NCBI RefSeq assembly: GCF_964188315.1
Contig: NC_135659.1
Span: 101,060,001 to 101,124,000, forward strand
Length of the DNA stretch: 64,000 nucleotides
Reading direction: 5' to 3'
Source of the DNA: Podarcis muralis
Lineage: Eukaryota
Shown here: positions 9,610-21,460 of the stretch, one piece after another
Layout of the letters: the number at the start of each line of letters is the position of its first letter
Numbering within the stretch: the first letter of the stretch is position 1
The notes under the pieces: model-generated
What the model was told of the DNA's origin: nothing
The model's input: the letters and a program-made list of their open reading frames with translations, nothing else
Database searches by the model: none
Made by a program: the position numbers and the translations under genes

Positions 9610-12600
9610 AATACCACTGCAAGCAACCAAAGGCAAGCCTCTGGGCTCGCCAACAAAAATGAATAACCAAATTAGGAATCTGTCCACATGACACAAAAAC
9701 TCTGCACATGAGCTATGCCAAAGAAGGAAAGGTCATTATCCCACCCTCCTCTCCTTTGCCTTGCCACTTCCTGCAGGTCAGATTAACAATGAAGCTGCAG
9801 GTGGGAAGGTTTGGGACAGGGAAAGCAAAGTTCTTCTTCACATGATGCAGTGTTGAACTGCAGAATTCACTCCTGCAGGAGGGAGGTGATGACTGCCAAA
9901 CCAGATGGCTTCAAATTATTACTATTATAATTATTATTATTTAGATTTATATGTCACCCTTCATCCATAGATCTCAAGGAGGTTCACTGCATATAAATGC
10001 AAGGTGAAAACACAAAATACATAATAAAAAGAACAAAATAAACCACGTGCTTGGGACTGATTAACGGAGGAGAGGCTATCATTGGCCACTAGCCAGCAAC
10101 ACTTCTGAATACCAGTTGCAGGAAACCACAGGAGGGGGGCGTGTTGCTCTTTTGCTCAGATCCTGCATGAGGGACCCCTCTAATGGGCAGCTGGTTGGCC
10201 ACTGAGAACAGGATGCTGGACTAGATGGGCCATGGGCCTGATCCAGCAGACGCTGCTTACATTCTGCTGCAGAGCCCAGGGCTGGCCTGTGTCAGGGGTG
10301 TGCATGTTTTTGCTGGCTGCATCCAGCCATCTCTCGGTCCAGTTTCACAGACCCCGTGGTTTCCATGGACCTGCTCCGAGCCGTCCTGCAGCCCAGCATC
10401 AACGAAGAGATCCAGGCTGTCTTCAGCAAATACATGAAGGTAAGAACAGCAGAAAGGCCCGTGCTGGACCTGCCAGCCTTGTGAGGCTGTGCAGGAGTCC
10501 TGCCCACATTCAGCCTCAGGGTGCCTGGGGAGGGCAGACCTTCCCCCCCCCCCCCTTCAACCCATTGGGGTTTCTGTGGGCAGCAGGGAGAGGGAGCTGC
10601 TGGCCCAGGCTTCAACCATCTTGCAGTATGCCGAGTCGGGTGAAGCTTGGGAAGGGAGGGGTGGCACTTTGAGGGGCAGCTAATTTGGTCTGCGCCATCC
10701 CTGTCGTTCCCAAGTTCTTCCAGAAGGCAGCGGGGAACGTGCGGGAGAATGTCGGGGAGGACGTGGACACGGAGCAGCTCATCCAAGAGACGTGCCGGAG
10801 TTGCCTGGAACAGGTGGGTGCCCGAGGGTCTTCCTTGCTTCAGGAATGAGTTATTCTGGGGGGGGAAGGCCCTCTTCTGGGGGCAGAAAGCAACACCAGC
10901 AGGTCTTGAGATCTCCCAGGATGAAGCCACCTCTGCCTAGCAGAATGCTGCAGGGGGAATGGGACATGTCGTTGCTGCTGATGACTTCTGGCCGTGATGG
11001 CGTTGCGTCTGCAGGCAGTGATGCTTCCGAATAGCACTTCCTGGAAGGCCCAGGAGGGGAGAGTCCTGCCCTGGTGCTCAGACCCTGTTTCAGGGTTTCC
11101 CAGAACTGCTTGGCCCTGTGAGAACAGGATGCTGCCCTAGAAGGGACCACTCTTACCTGATCCAGCAGGGTACCTTCTTTTGTGCCAGACACACCTCTGT
11201 GGAGTAGGAATTCTATAGCATTTCGAGGTTCCTGATTCCCCGCATGCTGCTGCTGTTAAAACTAGGGTCCTGATGTCCTTGTGCTCCGCTCTCTGCTGGC
11301 AGAGGGCCGTGTGGGGTGTGTTGCATCCCCCCCCCCAGTCTTTTTATTTATTCATTCTTTTCAGGTTTATACATTGCACTAAATTTACAATCATTTTAAC
11401 ATTTCAAAACTTGACTTCCTTCCCCCTCGTTCCGCGGTTCCTTAAATTTATTTTTAATGTCTTCTACGTATCCAAATTAACTTAATTTACTCATTTATTC
11501 ATCTACTTTAAATATATGCTATTATAAAACTGCAGGTTATTACAACAATCCTGCCAATGTTCTTATCTGTTTACCATTTATCTGTAAATATTCAATAAAC
11601 CATTTCCATTCTTTTATAAAAAGTTTGTTACCTTGATTTCTTATTCTTCCAGTAAGTTTCACTATTTCTGCATATTCCATAAGTTTTTTTTATCCATTCT
11701 TCCTTTGCTGGGACTTCTGCTCCTTTCCATTTTGGGGCGAGTAACATTCTTGCCGCTGTAGTAGCATACATGAATAACTTTCTATACAGTTTCGGTAGTT
11801 CTGGCCCTATAATTCCCAAAAGACAAGCTTCTGGTTTTTTTACAAACGTTATTCTAAACATCCTTTTCAATTCATTACATATCCTTTCCCACTAAGCTTT
11901 AACCTTACTACAGACCACCACATATGATTTCTCTCTACATTTCCAACATTTATTTGATTTAGATTTATACATTTTTGCTAATTTACTCAGTGTTAGATAC
12001 CATCGATATATCATTTCCATATAATTTTCTCTTAGACTATAACATGCTGTAAATTTTATATCCATGTTCCACAATCGTTCCCATGCTTCCATGTCTATAT
12101 GATGATGAAGTGTTGCATTGCCCCACCAAACCATTGGCTGCTTCCCAAAATGGGCATCCTAAGAAGCCTTGAAGGGACGCGGGTGGCGCTGTGGGTAAAA
12201 GCCTCAGCGCCTAGGGCTTGCCGATCGAAAGGTCGGCGGTTCGAATCCCCGCGGCGGGGTGCGCTCCTGTCGTTCGGTCCCAGCGCCTGCCAACCTAGCA
12301 GTTCGAAAGCACCCCCGGGTGCAAGTAGATAAATAGGGACCGCTTACTAGAGGGAAGGTAAACGGCGTTCCGTGTGCTGCGCTGGCTCGCCAGATGCAGC
12401 TTTGTCACGCTGGCCATGTGACCCGGAAGTGTCTCCGGACAGCGCTGGCCCCCCGGCCTCTTGAGTGAGATGGGCGCACAACCCCAGAGTCTGTCAAGAC
12501 TGGCCCGTACGGGCAGGGGTACCTTTACCTTTTAAGAAGCCTTGAAGCGGCTACAATTGCCAGTTGGCATATAATTCCTAGGCTCTTAAGGGTTCCAGCA

Positions 12601-15352
12601 CGGGGTGCTGAGCACAGACTGGGTGCCTTGACCATCTCTGATGCACTCCTGACCCTTTTCTCTCCCTGCAGGCCAAGCTCCTCTTCTGCGACAGCAAGAA
12701 GTCTGCCGCCAGGCTGCCCCATGAAGTGCCAGCGATGAAGGTAGAAGCCCTTTTCTCTCTCCTGCGAGGGACGGGGCTGGTGCTTTCTCTCCCGGGTGTG
12801 GGACCTTTGGGTGCCTCTGAGCAGCCATCGGCTATCAGCCCTGTGCCTCCTCCTGGGGAGGACTTGGGGAGCGCTGGCTCGGAGCAGGAATGCCCCAAAG
12901 GGCCCTGCTGGCCAAGGAGCGTCAGAGCGGGGAGAGACGAATGCTCCTCCCTTTTCCAACTGAGCCTCTCTTCTCCCTGACCAGCGTGCCAAGCCGATGG
13001 AGGAGGAGATGAGCCAGCAGGGAAGCCCCATCCCCAGAAAGGTAGGAGACCCTGGGGAGCTGTTAGAGAGACAGCAGTGGCGGGGGGGGGGGGTCACTCT
13101 GGAACTCACCTTCTGTCCCTTCAAGATAGCCTGGGGGCGAGGGTCACCAGGCAGAGGGCCTTCTCGGTGGTGGCACCAGCCCTGTGGAACGCCCTCCCAT
13201 CCAACGTCAAGGAAATAAACAACTATCTGACTTTTAAAAGTTAGGTAGGTAGCCGTGTTGGTCTGCCGTAGTCGAAACAAAATTTAAAAAATCCTTTCAG
13301 TAGCTCCTTAGAGACCAACTAAGTTTGTTATTGGTATGAGCTTTCGTGTGCATGCACACTTCTTCAGATACCTGCATGCACACGAAAGCTCATACCAAAA
13401 ACATACTTAGTTGGTCTCTAAGGTGCTACGGAGGGATGCGGGTGGCGCTGTGGGTTAAACCACAGAGCCTAGGACTTGCCGATCAGAAGGTCGGTGGTTC
13501 GAATCCCCGCGACGGGGTGAGCTCCCATTGCTCGGTCCCTGCTCCTGCCAACCTAGCAATTCGAAAGCACGTCAAAGTACAAGTAGAGATATAGGTACCG
13601 CTCCAGTGGGAAGGTAAACGGCATTTCTGTGCGCAGCTCTGGTTCGCCAGAAGCGGCTTAGTCATGCTGGCCACATGACCCGGAAGCTGTACGCCGGCTT
13701 CCTCAGCCAGTAAAGCGAGATGAGCGCCGTAACCCCAGAGTCAGCCATGACTGGACCTAATGGTCAGGGGTCCCTTTAGCTTTACCTTTAAGGTGCTACT
13801 GGAAGGAATTTTTAAATTTTGTTTCGACTTTTAAAAGACATCTGAAGTTGGCCCTGTTTAGGGAAGCTTTTAATGTCTGGGGTTTTATCACTTTTTAATT
13901 ATTATTATTATCATCATTAATTCTCTTGGGAGCCGCCCAGAGTGGCTGGGGAAACCCAGCCAGATGGGTGGGGTATAAATATATTATTATTATTATTCAG
14001 GCCCCTCCCTGTGCTGTGCTGCTTCTGTGGTTGTGGGCAGGGGGGGAGGTCTGCTCCCAGTGGGGGCCAGCCACGCTTGCACCACCGGGAGGAGCAACTG
14101 TTGACCAGAATAATAATATATTTTTTTTATTTATACCCCACCCTCCCCAGCCAAGGCCGGGCTCAGGGCGGCTAATAAGACACTGTAATAAAAGATGTCC
14201 TTTTTCAGAGGAAAGGGCGGCCTCCAGGACAGAGCCAGGCAAACGACCGAGCGGCTCCAGTCGGGAGCACGTAAGTGTGCCGTCCAGCTGGGCCGAGGGG
14301 GGTCTATGCTGCAACCTCCATTTCCCCCTCCCACAGTGCTTCGGAGAGCCCCAGCTGAGACGAAGGCAGGAGTTGGTTCAGCAGCAGAGAGAGCAAAGCA
14401 GCCAAGCCCTCATAGGAAGCAGCCTTATCCTGAACCAGGCCATTGGTCCAGCTAGCTCAGTATTGCCGGCACTGACTGGCAGCAGCTCTCGGAAGGCAGG
14501 AGGTCTCTCCCAGCCATACCTGGAGATGCTGGGGGTTGATCCAGAGACCTTCGACCTGCAAGGCAGATGTTCTGCACTGAGCTGCATCCCTTCCCCAAGC
14601 GTGATTGAGCCAGGAGGGAACAGGCCTTCCCAAATGAGGGCACTTCCTGGTGGTGGTGAGGCTCTGGCTTGAGACCAGGCTATCAGCCTTGCAATTGATC
14701 CCGCTGGGCTTTGGGTAGGGCTGAGTCTCCTCAAAGCAGAGCATTTGGCCCTTTCAGATTCACCTTCTGTCGCGTGATTCTCAGCTCCGATGCCTTCTCT
14801 CCTTTCAGGTGGAAAACCAAGTCCTGCGAGCCAGTGCAGAGGGATGGTCCCAAGGTAGGCTGTGCCCTGCAGCCCCCACCCCCTTGCTATACAGAACCTC
14901 CCTGGAGAAAAGGGGGGGACCTTCCTGCAGGCAGGGAGCTCTTCTGCCAGATCCAGTTCTACTGGATTTAACTTGCTTCCGCAGGGCCTGTAAGACAGAG
15001 CTATTCTGCCTGGCTTTGAACATGAACTTAGCCTGGTCTTTTATTCCCCTTCTCTTCCCTCCCTCTCTCCTTTTTATGAAGATTACCCGCTTTGGGAACC
15101 CACAGCTAATTCTCCCCTGGTCTCCTCGCTGTCCCAAACAGGACTAACTTAGCCAGCTAACCTTGGTGATCATCTAATGTTTATTGGATGGACTTCCCCC
15201 CAAATTGATTTTTGAATTCTGCATTTATTGTTATTCCCGTTTTATACTGTATTTTATGCTGGTTTTTGTTGCATCAATTAAGTGTTTTAAATTTGTTGTT
15301 AGCCGCCCTGAGCCCAGTTTTCTGAACCAGGAAGGGTGGGGTATGAATAAAA

Positions 15353-15391
<39 letters not shown>

Positions 15392-18177
15392 TGAACACCA
15401 GCTGTCAGGGACGGGGGGACACAGTGGCAAACAGCAAGGGAGGGCTGCTGTGTGCACATTACCACTAAGACTTGCCCAGAGTAAGACAGAGTCAGCAGCA
15501 AAACCTGAAGCAGGGATGTAGTGGGGGGAGGCAGGAGCAAACTAACTTCTCTCCTTTTCCTCCTCCTGCTTTGCAGTGGAATCCCTCGCGGATCACAGAC
15601 ACCACTACCTTCGTCCTTGGATCAAGGGCCAACAAGTAAGCCTTCGCCAGGCAGGTGGGCACAGGGCTGGGGGGGGGGGAGACCAGGTGGATTTTTGCAC
15701 ACACACCCCTTGGGGGCAAGCAGAGCACTGAGCTGATAAGCACAGACTGGTCACTTCTCAATTGAGGTGGCTTTAGGCCAGGGGTGTCCAAAATTTTTTC
15801 AAAGAGAGCCAGATTTGATGAAGTGAACATGCGTGAATGCCGACCAAAGTTGTGGAGCTTTTTTAGGATTGTACCCCAGGAAATAAACTGCCACAGGTGC
15901 CGGGTTAAACCAGATTAGGCCCCTGAAACGGACTTTGGACTTCCTGATTTAAGCATATGGCTGGGCGACAAGGATGGGGTGCAATTTACCAGGTGCAGAA
16001 TTCTAAATCCCCCACTTTTTGTTCCTGATTCAGAGCTCTCGGGATGGGAGGAACCAGAGGCAGGCTCTACATCAAGCATCCCCACCTCTTCAAGGTCAGT
16101 CATTCGACCTCCCTTGACTCTGCCCCTCAACATCCTCTGCCCTTGGACCACAGGGGAAGTGAGCTGCTGGCATTGTCAGAAAACACACGTGTCAGATCTT
16201 GACAGGCCTCACCTAGGAAAGCAGACGTGGTTTTTTTCCCCTGCCTATTACTGTCCTCTGGCTCCCGAGTACAGTGGTACCTCTGGATGCAAATGGGATC
16301 CGTTCCAGAGCCCCGTTCGCATCCTAAGTAGAACGTAAGACGCGACTGTGCGTGTGCGCGTTTTGCCGGTTCCGCGCATGCTTGTGAGGTCATTTTGAGA
16401 ATCTGCACATACGCAAGCGGCAAAACCCGCAAGTAACACGCTCCGTTACTTCCGGGTCGCCGCGGAGCGTAACTTGAAAATGCTCAACCTGAAGCACATT
16501 TAACCTGAGGTATGACTGTATTTGTGTTTTGTGCGCAGAGCTTTGAGTGGTTGCGGTAGAACTCACTGATCTTCCCTGTGTGTACCTGTGGGTACCTGTA
16601 GGACCACTGACCCTAGTGTTTCCTCCCCCCCCCCCACAACTCAGACCTCCTTTTCCACCCTTGAGCAGCAGAGAAGTCTTAGAATGTGAGGAGACATTTG
16701 CACAGCAGACCCCGAGGGTGGTGGCACAACATCTCTCCGTTTTTCATAGAATCACAGAATGGTAGAGTTGGAAGGGACCCCGAGGGTCATCTAGCCCAAC
16801 CCCCTGCAGTGCAGGAACCACAGTTGTCAATATCCTCCTTAAATTGTGGTACCCAGAACGGGACACTCTTTTCATTCAGGAGGTCTCTCACAGCCCAGCC
16901 TGCATTGCTTCATCGCAGTATGCGTCACCCGCATCCTCTTGACTTCTGTCTCTCTTCCAGTATGCAGCTGATGCGCAAGACAAGCACTGGCTGGCCGAAC
17001 AGCAGCACATGAGAGCCACGGGGGGCAAAATGGTGAGCGCCCCAAAGCCTGAGGAAAGCAGAACTGAATGCACTCTGAACGGCACGACAGATCTAACGGC
17101 GTTTTTGAGACCTTCTGCCGTCTAGGGCCTCTGCCGCTTCCTTTATGCAGTTTTCATAGAATTCCTAGAGTCAGAAAGGAACCCAGGGGTCATCCAGCCC
17201 AACCCCCTGCTGCTGCTGCTGCAATAATAATAATAATAATAAATTTTATTTATATCCCATCATTCCCAGCCGAAGCCGGGCTCACAGCAGATAACAACAG
17301 TAAAAGAAACACAACATTCTAAAATCAATTCATTTTAAAATCAATTCAAAATCGAATTAATGGCAACCATTGGGCTAGAGTTCTGTGAGGATTACCAAAG
17401 GCAGACTGTGCCTTGGCCAAAGGCCTGGTGGAACAGCTCCGTCTTGCAGGCCCTGCGGAAAGATGTCAAGTCCCATAGGGCCCTAGTCTCTTGTGACAGA
17501 GCGTTCCACCAGATCGGGGCCACAGCCGAAAAAGCCCTGCAGCAACCACTGCTAGAGCTTCCCTGACAGAGGACCGCCCAACCTCTGCTTCTAAAACCGG
17601 CTGGGCTGGGCTAGGCTGGCTTCTCCTTTGCAGGGGGAGTTGGGGGTTGCAAACTGCGGCCTTGCCATAGCTAGCAACTCCTCACTCTCGCTCTCTCTCT
17701 CCTTCCCAAGGCCTATCTCCTCCTGGAAGAGGACATCCAGGATCTGGCTTTGAGCGATGATTACCGGTGAGTTACAGAGCAGACCCCGCTTGGGGTACGG
17801 ATTCTGCCCCTGTGCACAGCTGAGCTTTGTGCCCTGCGCAGGGCGCGTGGGTGTGCATGGAGCCGGCCCCCCAAGTCTCGGAGGACCCACGCGGTCTCAA
17901 GTGCCTGGTCTTGGGGGGACGACTGTTTGGGGAGCAGGTAGGCAGGCAGGCCAAAGTCCTAAGCTGGCTTTCCTGTCTCGTTGTGCCCTAAGAGCTGCCC
18001 CCTCTTCACGGGGTCTTCCTCTCTCCTTCCTCCAGTTCTTCCATGGATCTGAAGATGGACGAACTGAAGCCCTTCACTCCTCCGCCGTGGATGACCGCCA
18101 AGATGCGGAGGTTCATGGAGACCCTTCGGAGCGAAGGGGAGCCGCCGCTGCCGCCGGAGGGGACTCAGGACACATAA
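8129..18177 (+). CDS. DNTTIP1: Deoxynucleotidyltransferase terminal-interacting protein 1 (TdIF1, MiDAC subunit), 13 coding exons, 346 aa
   Basis: Exons 8129-8278, 8379-8449, 10343-10439, 10715-10813, 12672-12740, 12985-13041, 14209-14270, 14809-14854, 15577-15635, 16034-16094, 16961-17032, 17711-17766, 18036-18177. All introns are GT-AG with consistent phases (1041 nt). Peptides SPWNIMIKHRLVQRRGRRSQ, SMDLLRAVLQPSINEEIQ, FVLGSRANKALGMGGTRGRLYIKHPHLFKYAAD match vertebrate DNTTIP1. Confidence 0.97.
8745..8881. mobile_element. Palindromic hAT MITE
   Basis: TIRs CAGGCATGGGCAAAC / GTTTGCCTATGCCTG; TSD ATGTAAGT/GTGTAAGT; near-complete self-complementarity. Confidence 0.85.
8924..9171. mobile_element. 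Tigger-like MITE (related copies 16272-16518, 55603-55796; other subfamily 42683-43029)
   Basis: CAGTCATACC / GGTACCACTG ends; TA TSD. Confidence 0.85.
9547..9609. repeat. Compound (CT)n(CA)n microsatellite
   Basis: Seen directly. Confidence 0.95.
9790..10265 (+). mobile_element. Old CR1 3' fragment
   Basis: Degenerate CR1-like end GGATGCTGGACTAGATGGGCC...CTGATCCAGCAG. Boundaries approximate. Confidence 0.6.
11335..12090 (-). mobile_element. L1-type LINE ORF2 3' remnant (related plus-strand remnants at about 30290-30690, 39880-40565, 41690-41995, 46190-46730)
   Basis: Frameshifted ORFs such as FMYATTAARMLLAPKWK...EEWIKK and YRWYLT...SNKCWKC. Confidence 0.75.
12175..12532 (+). mobile_element. 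Sauria SINE, divergent subfamily, full length
   Basis: tRNA-like head with box B GGTTCGAATCC, ACCTTT tail, 15-bp TSD TAAGAAGCCTTGAAG. Confidence 0.9.
13333..13372 (-). ncRNA. Minimal type I hammerhead ribozyme (Penelope-type), copy A
   Basis: Minus strand GGUAU-CUGAAGA-A-GUGUG(CAUG)CACAC-GAAA-GC-UC/AUACC: complete core, 5-bp stem I, palindromic AGCU stem III. Confidence 0.8.
13433..13788 (+). mobile_element. Sauria SINE, full length
   Basis: TSD TAAGGTGCTAC(T)GGA; inserted in the palindromic element. Confidence 0.92.
15150..15370 (+). mobile_element. Second L2-like family 3' end (also about 14110-14190, 17240-17545, 23540-24110)
   Basis: Shared CTTCCGCAGGGCCTGCAAGACAGAGCT...GCCGCCCTGAGCCC...GGGTGGGGTAT with ATT tail. 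Boundaries approximate. Confidence 0.65.
15779..15946. mobile_element. hAT MITE
   Basis: CAGGGGTGTCCAAA / TTTGGACTTCCTG ends; degenerate 8-bp TSD. Confidence 0.65.
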
Positions 18178-18373
18178 GGCCTCATCCTGTCCTCACCCGC
18201 TTCCTCCTCGAGCCACCGGGCAGTGATGGGCTTCCTGAGAACAGACGAGAGAAGCTGCCAGGCCCAGCCTGGTCACCCTTGGGCAGTGATGCAGCACAGG
18301 ATCCTTCCCAGGGGCTCACCTGCTTCCCGTTTCTGTACTTTAATCGTCTTCTTGCTCTTAGGAATAGTTTGGA

Positions 18374-18379
18374 AATAAA
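18374..18379 (+). terminator. DNTTIP1 polyadenylation signal
   Basis: AATAAA about 200 nt after the stop codon. Confidence 0.7.
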
Positions 18380-18481
18380 CACGTCCGCCTGACCCTGCTG
18401 TGTCTCTGTTGAAAGGCTAGGAGGCTTTGTCCCTGAACCAAATGTGCAGCAAATTGGTGGATCCACAAGTCCATGGGGTGG

Positions 18482-18834
18482 TAAAGGTAAAGGGGCCCCT
18501 GACCATTAGGTCCAGTCGCGGACGACTCTGGGGTTGCGGCGTTCTTCTCACTTTACTGGCCGAGGGAGCCGGTGTACAGCTTCCAGGCCATGTGGCCAGC
18601 AGGACTAAACCGCTTCTGGCAAACCAGAGCAGCGCACGGAAATGCCGTTTACCTTCCCGCCGGAGCGGTACCTATTTATCTACTTGCACTTTGACGTGCT
18701 TTCGAACTGCTAGGTTGGCATGAGCAGGGACTGAGCAACGGGAGCTCACCCTGTCACAGGGATACGAACCACCGACCTTCTGATTGGCAAGTCCTAGGCT
18801 CTGTGGTTTAACCCACAGCGCCACCCGCGTCCCC
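18482..18834 (-). mobile_element. Sauria SINE, full length
   Basis: 12-bp TSD TCCATGGGGTGG. Confidence 0.92.
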
Positions 18835-20033
18835 TCCATGGGGTGGAGCTCCATGCAATAAGCCTCTTTTTTGAAAATGTGGGGTTTTTCCAACAGCTCT
18901 TGGGAGGAGAAAAGCAGCAGAAGCTGCTCCCTTCTCCTCTCTCTCCCGCTGAGCACGAGCTTTGCAAATTCCCTTGTGGGTGGACACAGGAAGGAAGCAG
19001 GCAGGGGGAGTCTGATGAGTAATAATAATACTTATTACCATTTATTATGTCTTAAATTTTATACAGTGCTTGTAAAAACCTCAAAGCAGTTGGCAAAAAT
19101 TATAAGGCAATAAAATTAACAATAATTTAAGGCTTTCCAAATAGTTAAAATAGCACTGGACTGAAAACAGATTAAAACTGGCATTAAATATCTTAAGCAT
19201 CTGGAGAGGCAAGTCTAAACAAAAATGTTTTTAGCAGGTGCTGAATACAGTGAAGGCTTCTGCCTGGTGTCAATAGGCAGGGAGTTCCAAAGTGAAGTGG
19301 CTGCCACACTGGAAGACTTGGGTCCTTACAAATGCAGAAAATGGGTCTTCATGTGCACCTGTAACACAGCCACTTCCGCCAATCAAAGCGGGGTGGGGGG
19401 GACGATGACACACCCTGTTCTCAAGGCTTACTGTGTAAAGCACAATTGGGGAACCTGTGGCCTGCTGGACTAAACTCCCATCAGCCCTAAGCACTGGGCC
19501 TGCTGGCTGCGGCTGATGGGACCTGGAGTCCAAGGACACACGGAAGAAAGAAAAAGAAGCCATAAAAACTGAAGGAAATGGGAAGCAGGGCTTGAAGGTG
19601 TGGAAAGCAGGGCTTGGGTTTCAGGGAACAAGGAAGCAGGAAAGAGAGGAAAGTATTGGTGGAGAGAGGAGGAGGAGGGGAAAAAAGGGAAAAGTGTAGA
19701 AAGGTGAGGGGAATTGGCTGGAGGGAAAACAGTAGAGAGAAGAGGAGGCAGGGGGTTAAGGGGAGCAGCCAAGTTTCCTTGGGAGGAATGTGGCACAGGC
19801 CTGTCCACTCTGCACCCCAGCATCTCACCGGAGCACCTTATCCCTTTCCTCTCTAAACCAAAAAGTCCCGAATGCTGCAATGTTTCCTCGTCAAGGAGTT
19901 GCTGCATCCCCTTGATCGTTCGGTTGCCCTTTCCTGATTCTTTCTCAGCTCTCTCAGATCCTTTTGGGAGGTGAAGCAACCGGAATTGTGCACAGGATTA
20001 AAAAAAAACACCAGTACAGTGCACCCCTGCGAG

Positions 20034-21046
20034 GTTGTTGTTGTTGAGTCGTGTCCGCCTCTTCATGACCCCCTGGACCAGAGCATGCCAGGCACTCCTG
20101 TCTTCCATCGCCTCCCGCAGTTTGGTCAGGCTCATGCTGGTAGCTTTGAGAACACTGTCCAACCATCTTGTCCTTTGTCGTCCCAACATCAGGGTCTTTT
20201 CTCATGATGTGGCGAAAGTATTGGAGCCTCAGCTTCAGGATCTGTCCTTCCAGTGAGCACTCAGGGCTGATTTCCTTCAGAATGGATCAATTTGATCTTC
20301 TTGCAGTCCATGGGACTCTCAAGAGTCTCCTCCAACACCATAATTCAAAAGCATCAATTCTTCGGTGTTCAGGGAAGTTTTTAATTTATGATATTTTAGT
20401 GTTTTTTGGTTTCTATGGAAGCCGCCCAGAGTGGCTGGGGAAACCCAGCCAGATGGGCGGGGTACAAATAATAAATTATTATTCAGTGATCAGCCTTCTT
20501 AATGGTCCAGCTCTCACTTCCATACATCACTACTGGGAAAACCATAGCTTTGTCGGCAAGGTGATGTCTCTGCTTTTTAAGATGCTGTCTAGGCCTGTCA
20601 TTGCCCTTCTCCCAAGAAGCAGGCGCCTTTTAATTTCGTGGCTGCTGTCACCATCTGCAGTGATCATGGAGCCCACGAAAGTAAAATCTCTCACTGCCTC
20701 CATTTCTTCCCCTTCTATTTGCCAGGAGGTGATGGGACCAGTGGCCATGATCTTCGTTTTTTGATGTTGAGCTTCAGACCATATTTTGCGCTCTCCTCTT
20801 TCACCCTCATGAAAAGGTTCTTTAATTCCTCCTCACTTTCTGCCATCAAGGTTGTGTCATCTGCATATCTGAGGTTGTTGATATTTCTTCCGACAATCTT
20901 AATTCCGGCTTGGGAGTCATCCAGCCCAGCCTTTCGCATGATGAATTCTGCATATAAGTTAAATAAGCAGGGAGACAATATACAGCCTTGCCGTACTCCT
21001 TTCCCAAGTTTGAACCCATCAGTTGTTCCATATCCAGTTCTAACTG
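20034..21046 (-). mobile_element. BovB LINE fragment, interrupted by an L2 3' end
   Basis: RT motif GRNINNLRYADDTTLMAESEEEL on the minus strand; (CAA)n tail near 20034. Confidence 0.9.
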
Positions 21047-21149
21047 CGAGATAGGCCAGTGCAAGTCTTGAATAAGGGCAGATTGCACACCATGCATTCT
21101 AAACACATCACTTCCACAGCTGTAGTTTGTCGAGGGCTCTGTAGCTCCG

Positions 21150-21460
21150 TGCGAACTACAATTCCCAAGAGTCTTTGGGCGGGGCTCTTTCAATTCCTGG
21201 CCGCGGCCCCTTTAAGAACCCCGCCCTCGGCCTCCTTTCTTTCCGAGTCGGACCCGGGCAGCCAATGGGCGGCCTCCCCCCGCCGCGCCCCTCGGCCAAT
21301 CCCGCCGCGCCCGCCGCCCGTTTCCAGGCCGCCCCCGCGGCGCGCGCGCTCCCATTGGGCGGACCGAAGGCGAGCGCGGCGCTGATTGGCCGCCGCGGCG
21401 GAGCTTTGCAACATTCAAACTGGGCCGCTGCTGCCGCCCGGACGCCGCTCAGCCCGCCAT
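21150..21460 (+). promoter_or_regulatory. UBE2C G2/M-type promoter: ZNF143-type motif, four CCAAT boxes, inverted CHR
   Basis: ACTACAATTCCCA 21155-21167; CCAAT 21262 and 21296; ATTGG 21354 and 21385; TTCAAA 21414-21419. Confidence 0.8.

Larger units (their letters stand above)
13241..13825. mobile_element. Palindromic Penelope-like (pLTR-derived) element, copy A, interrupted by a Sauria SINE
   Basis: Inverted arms around 13372. TSD GACTTTTAAAAG at 13229-13240 and 13826-13837. Inserted in an L2 3' fragment. Confidence 0.75.
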
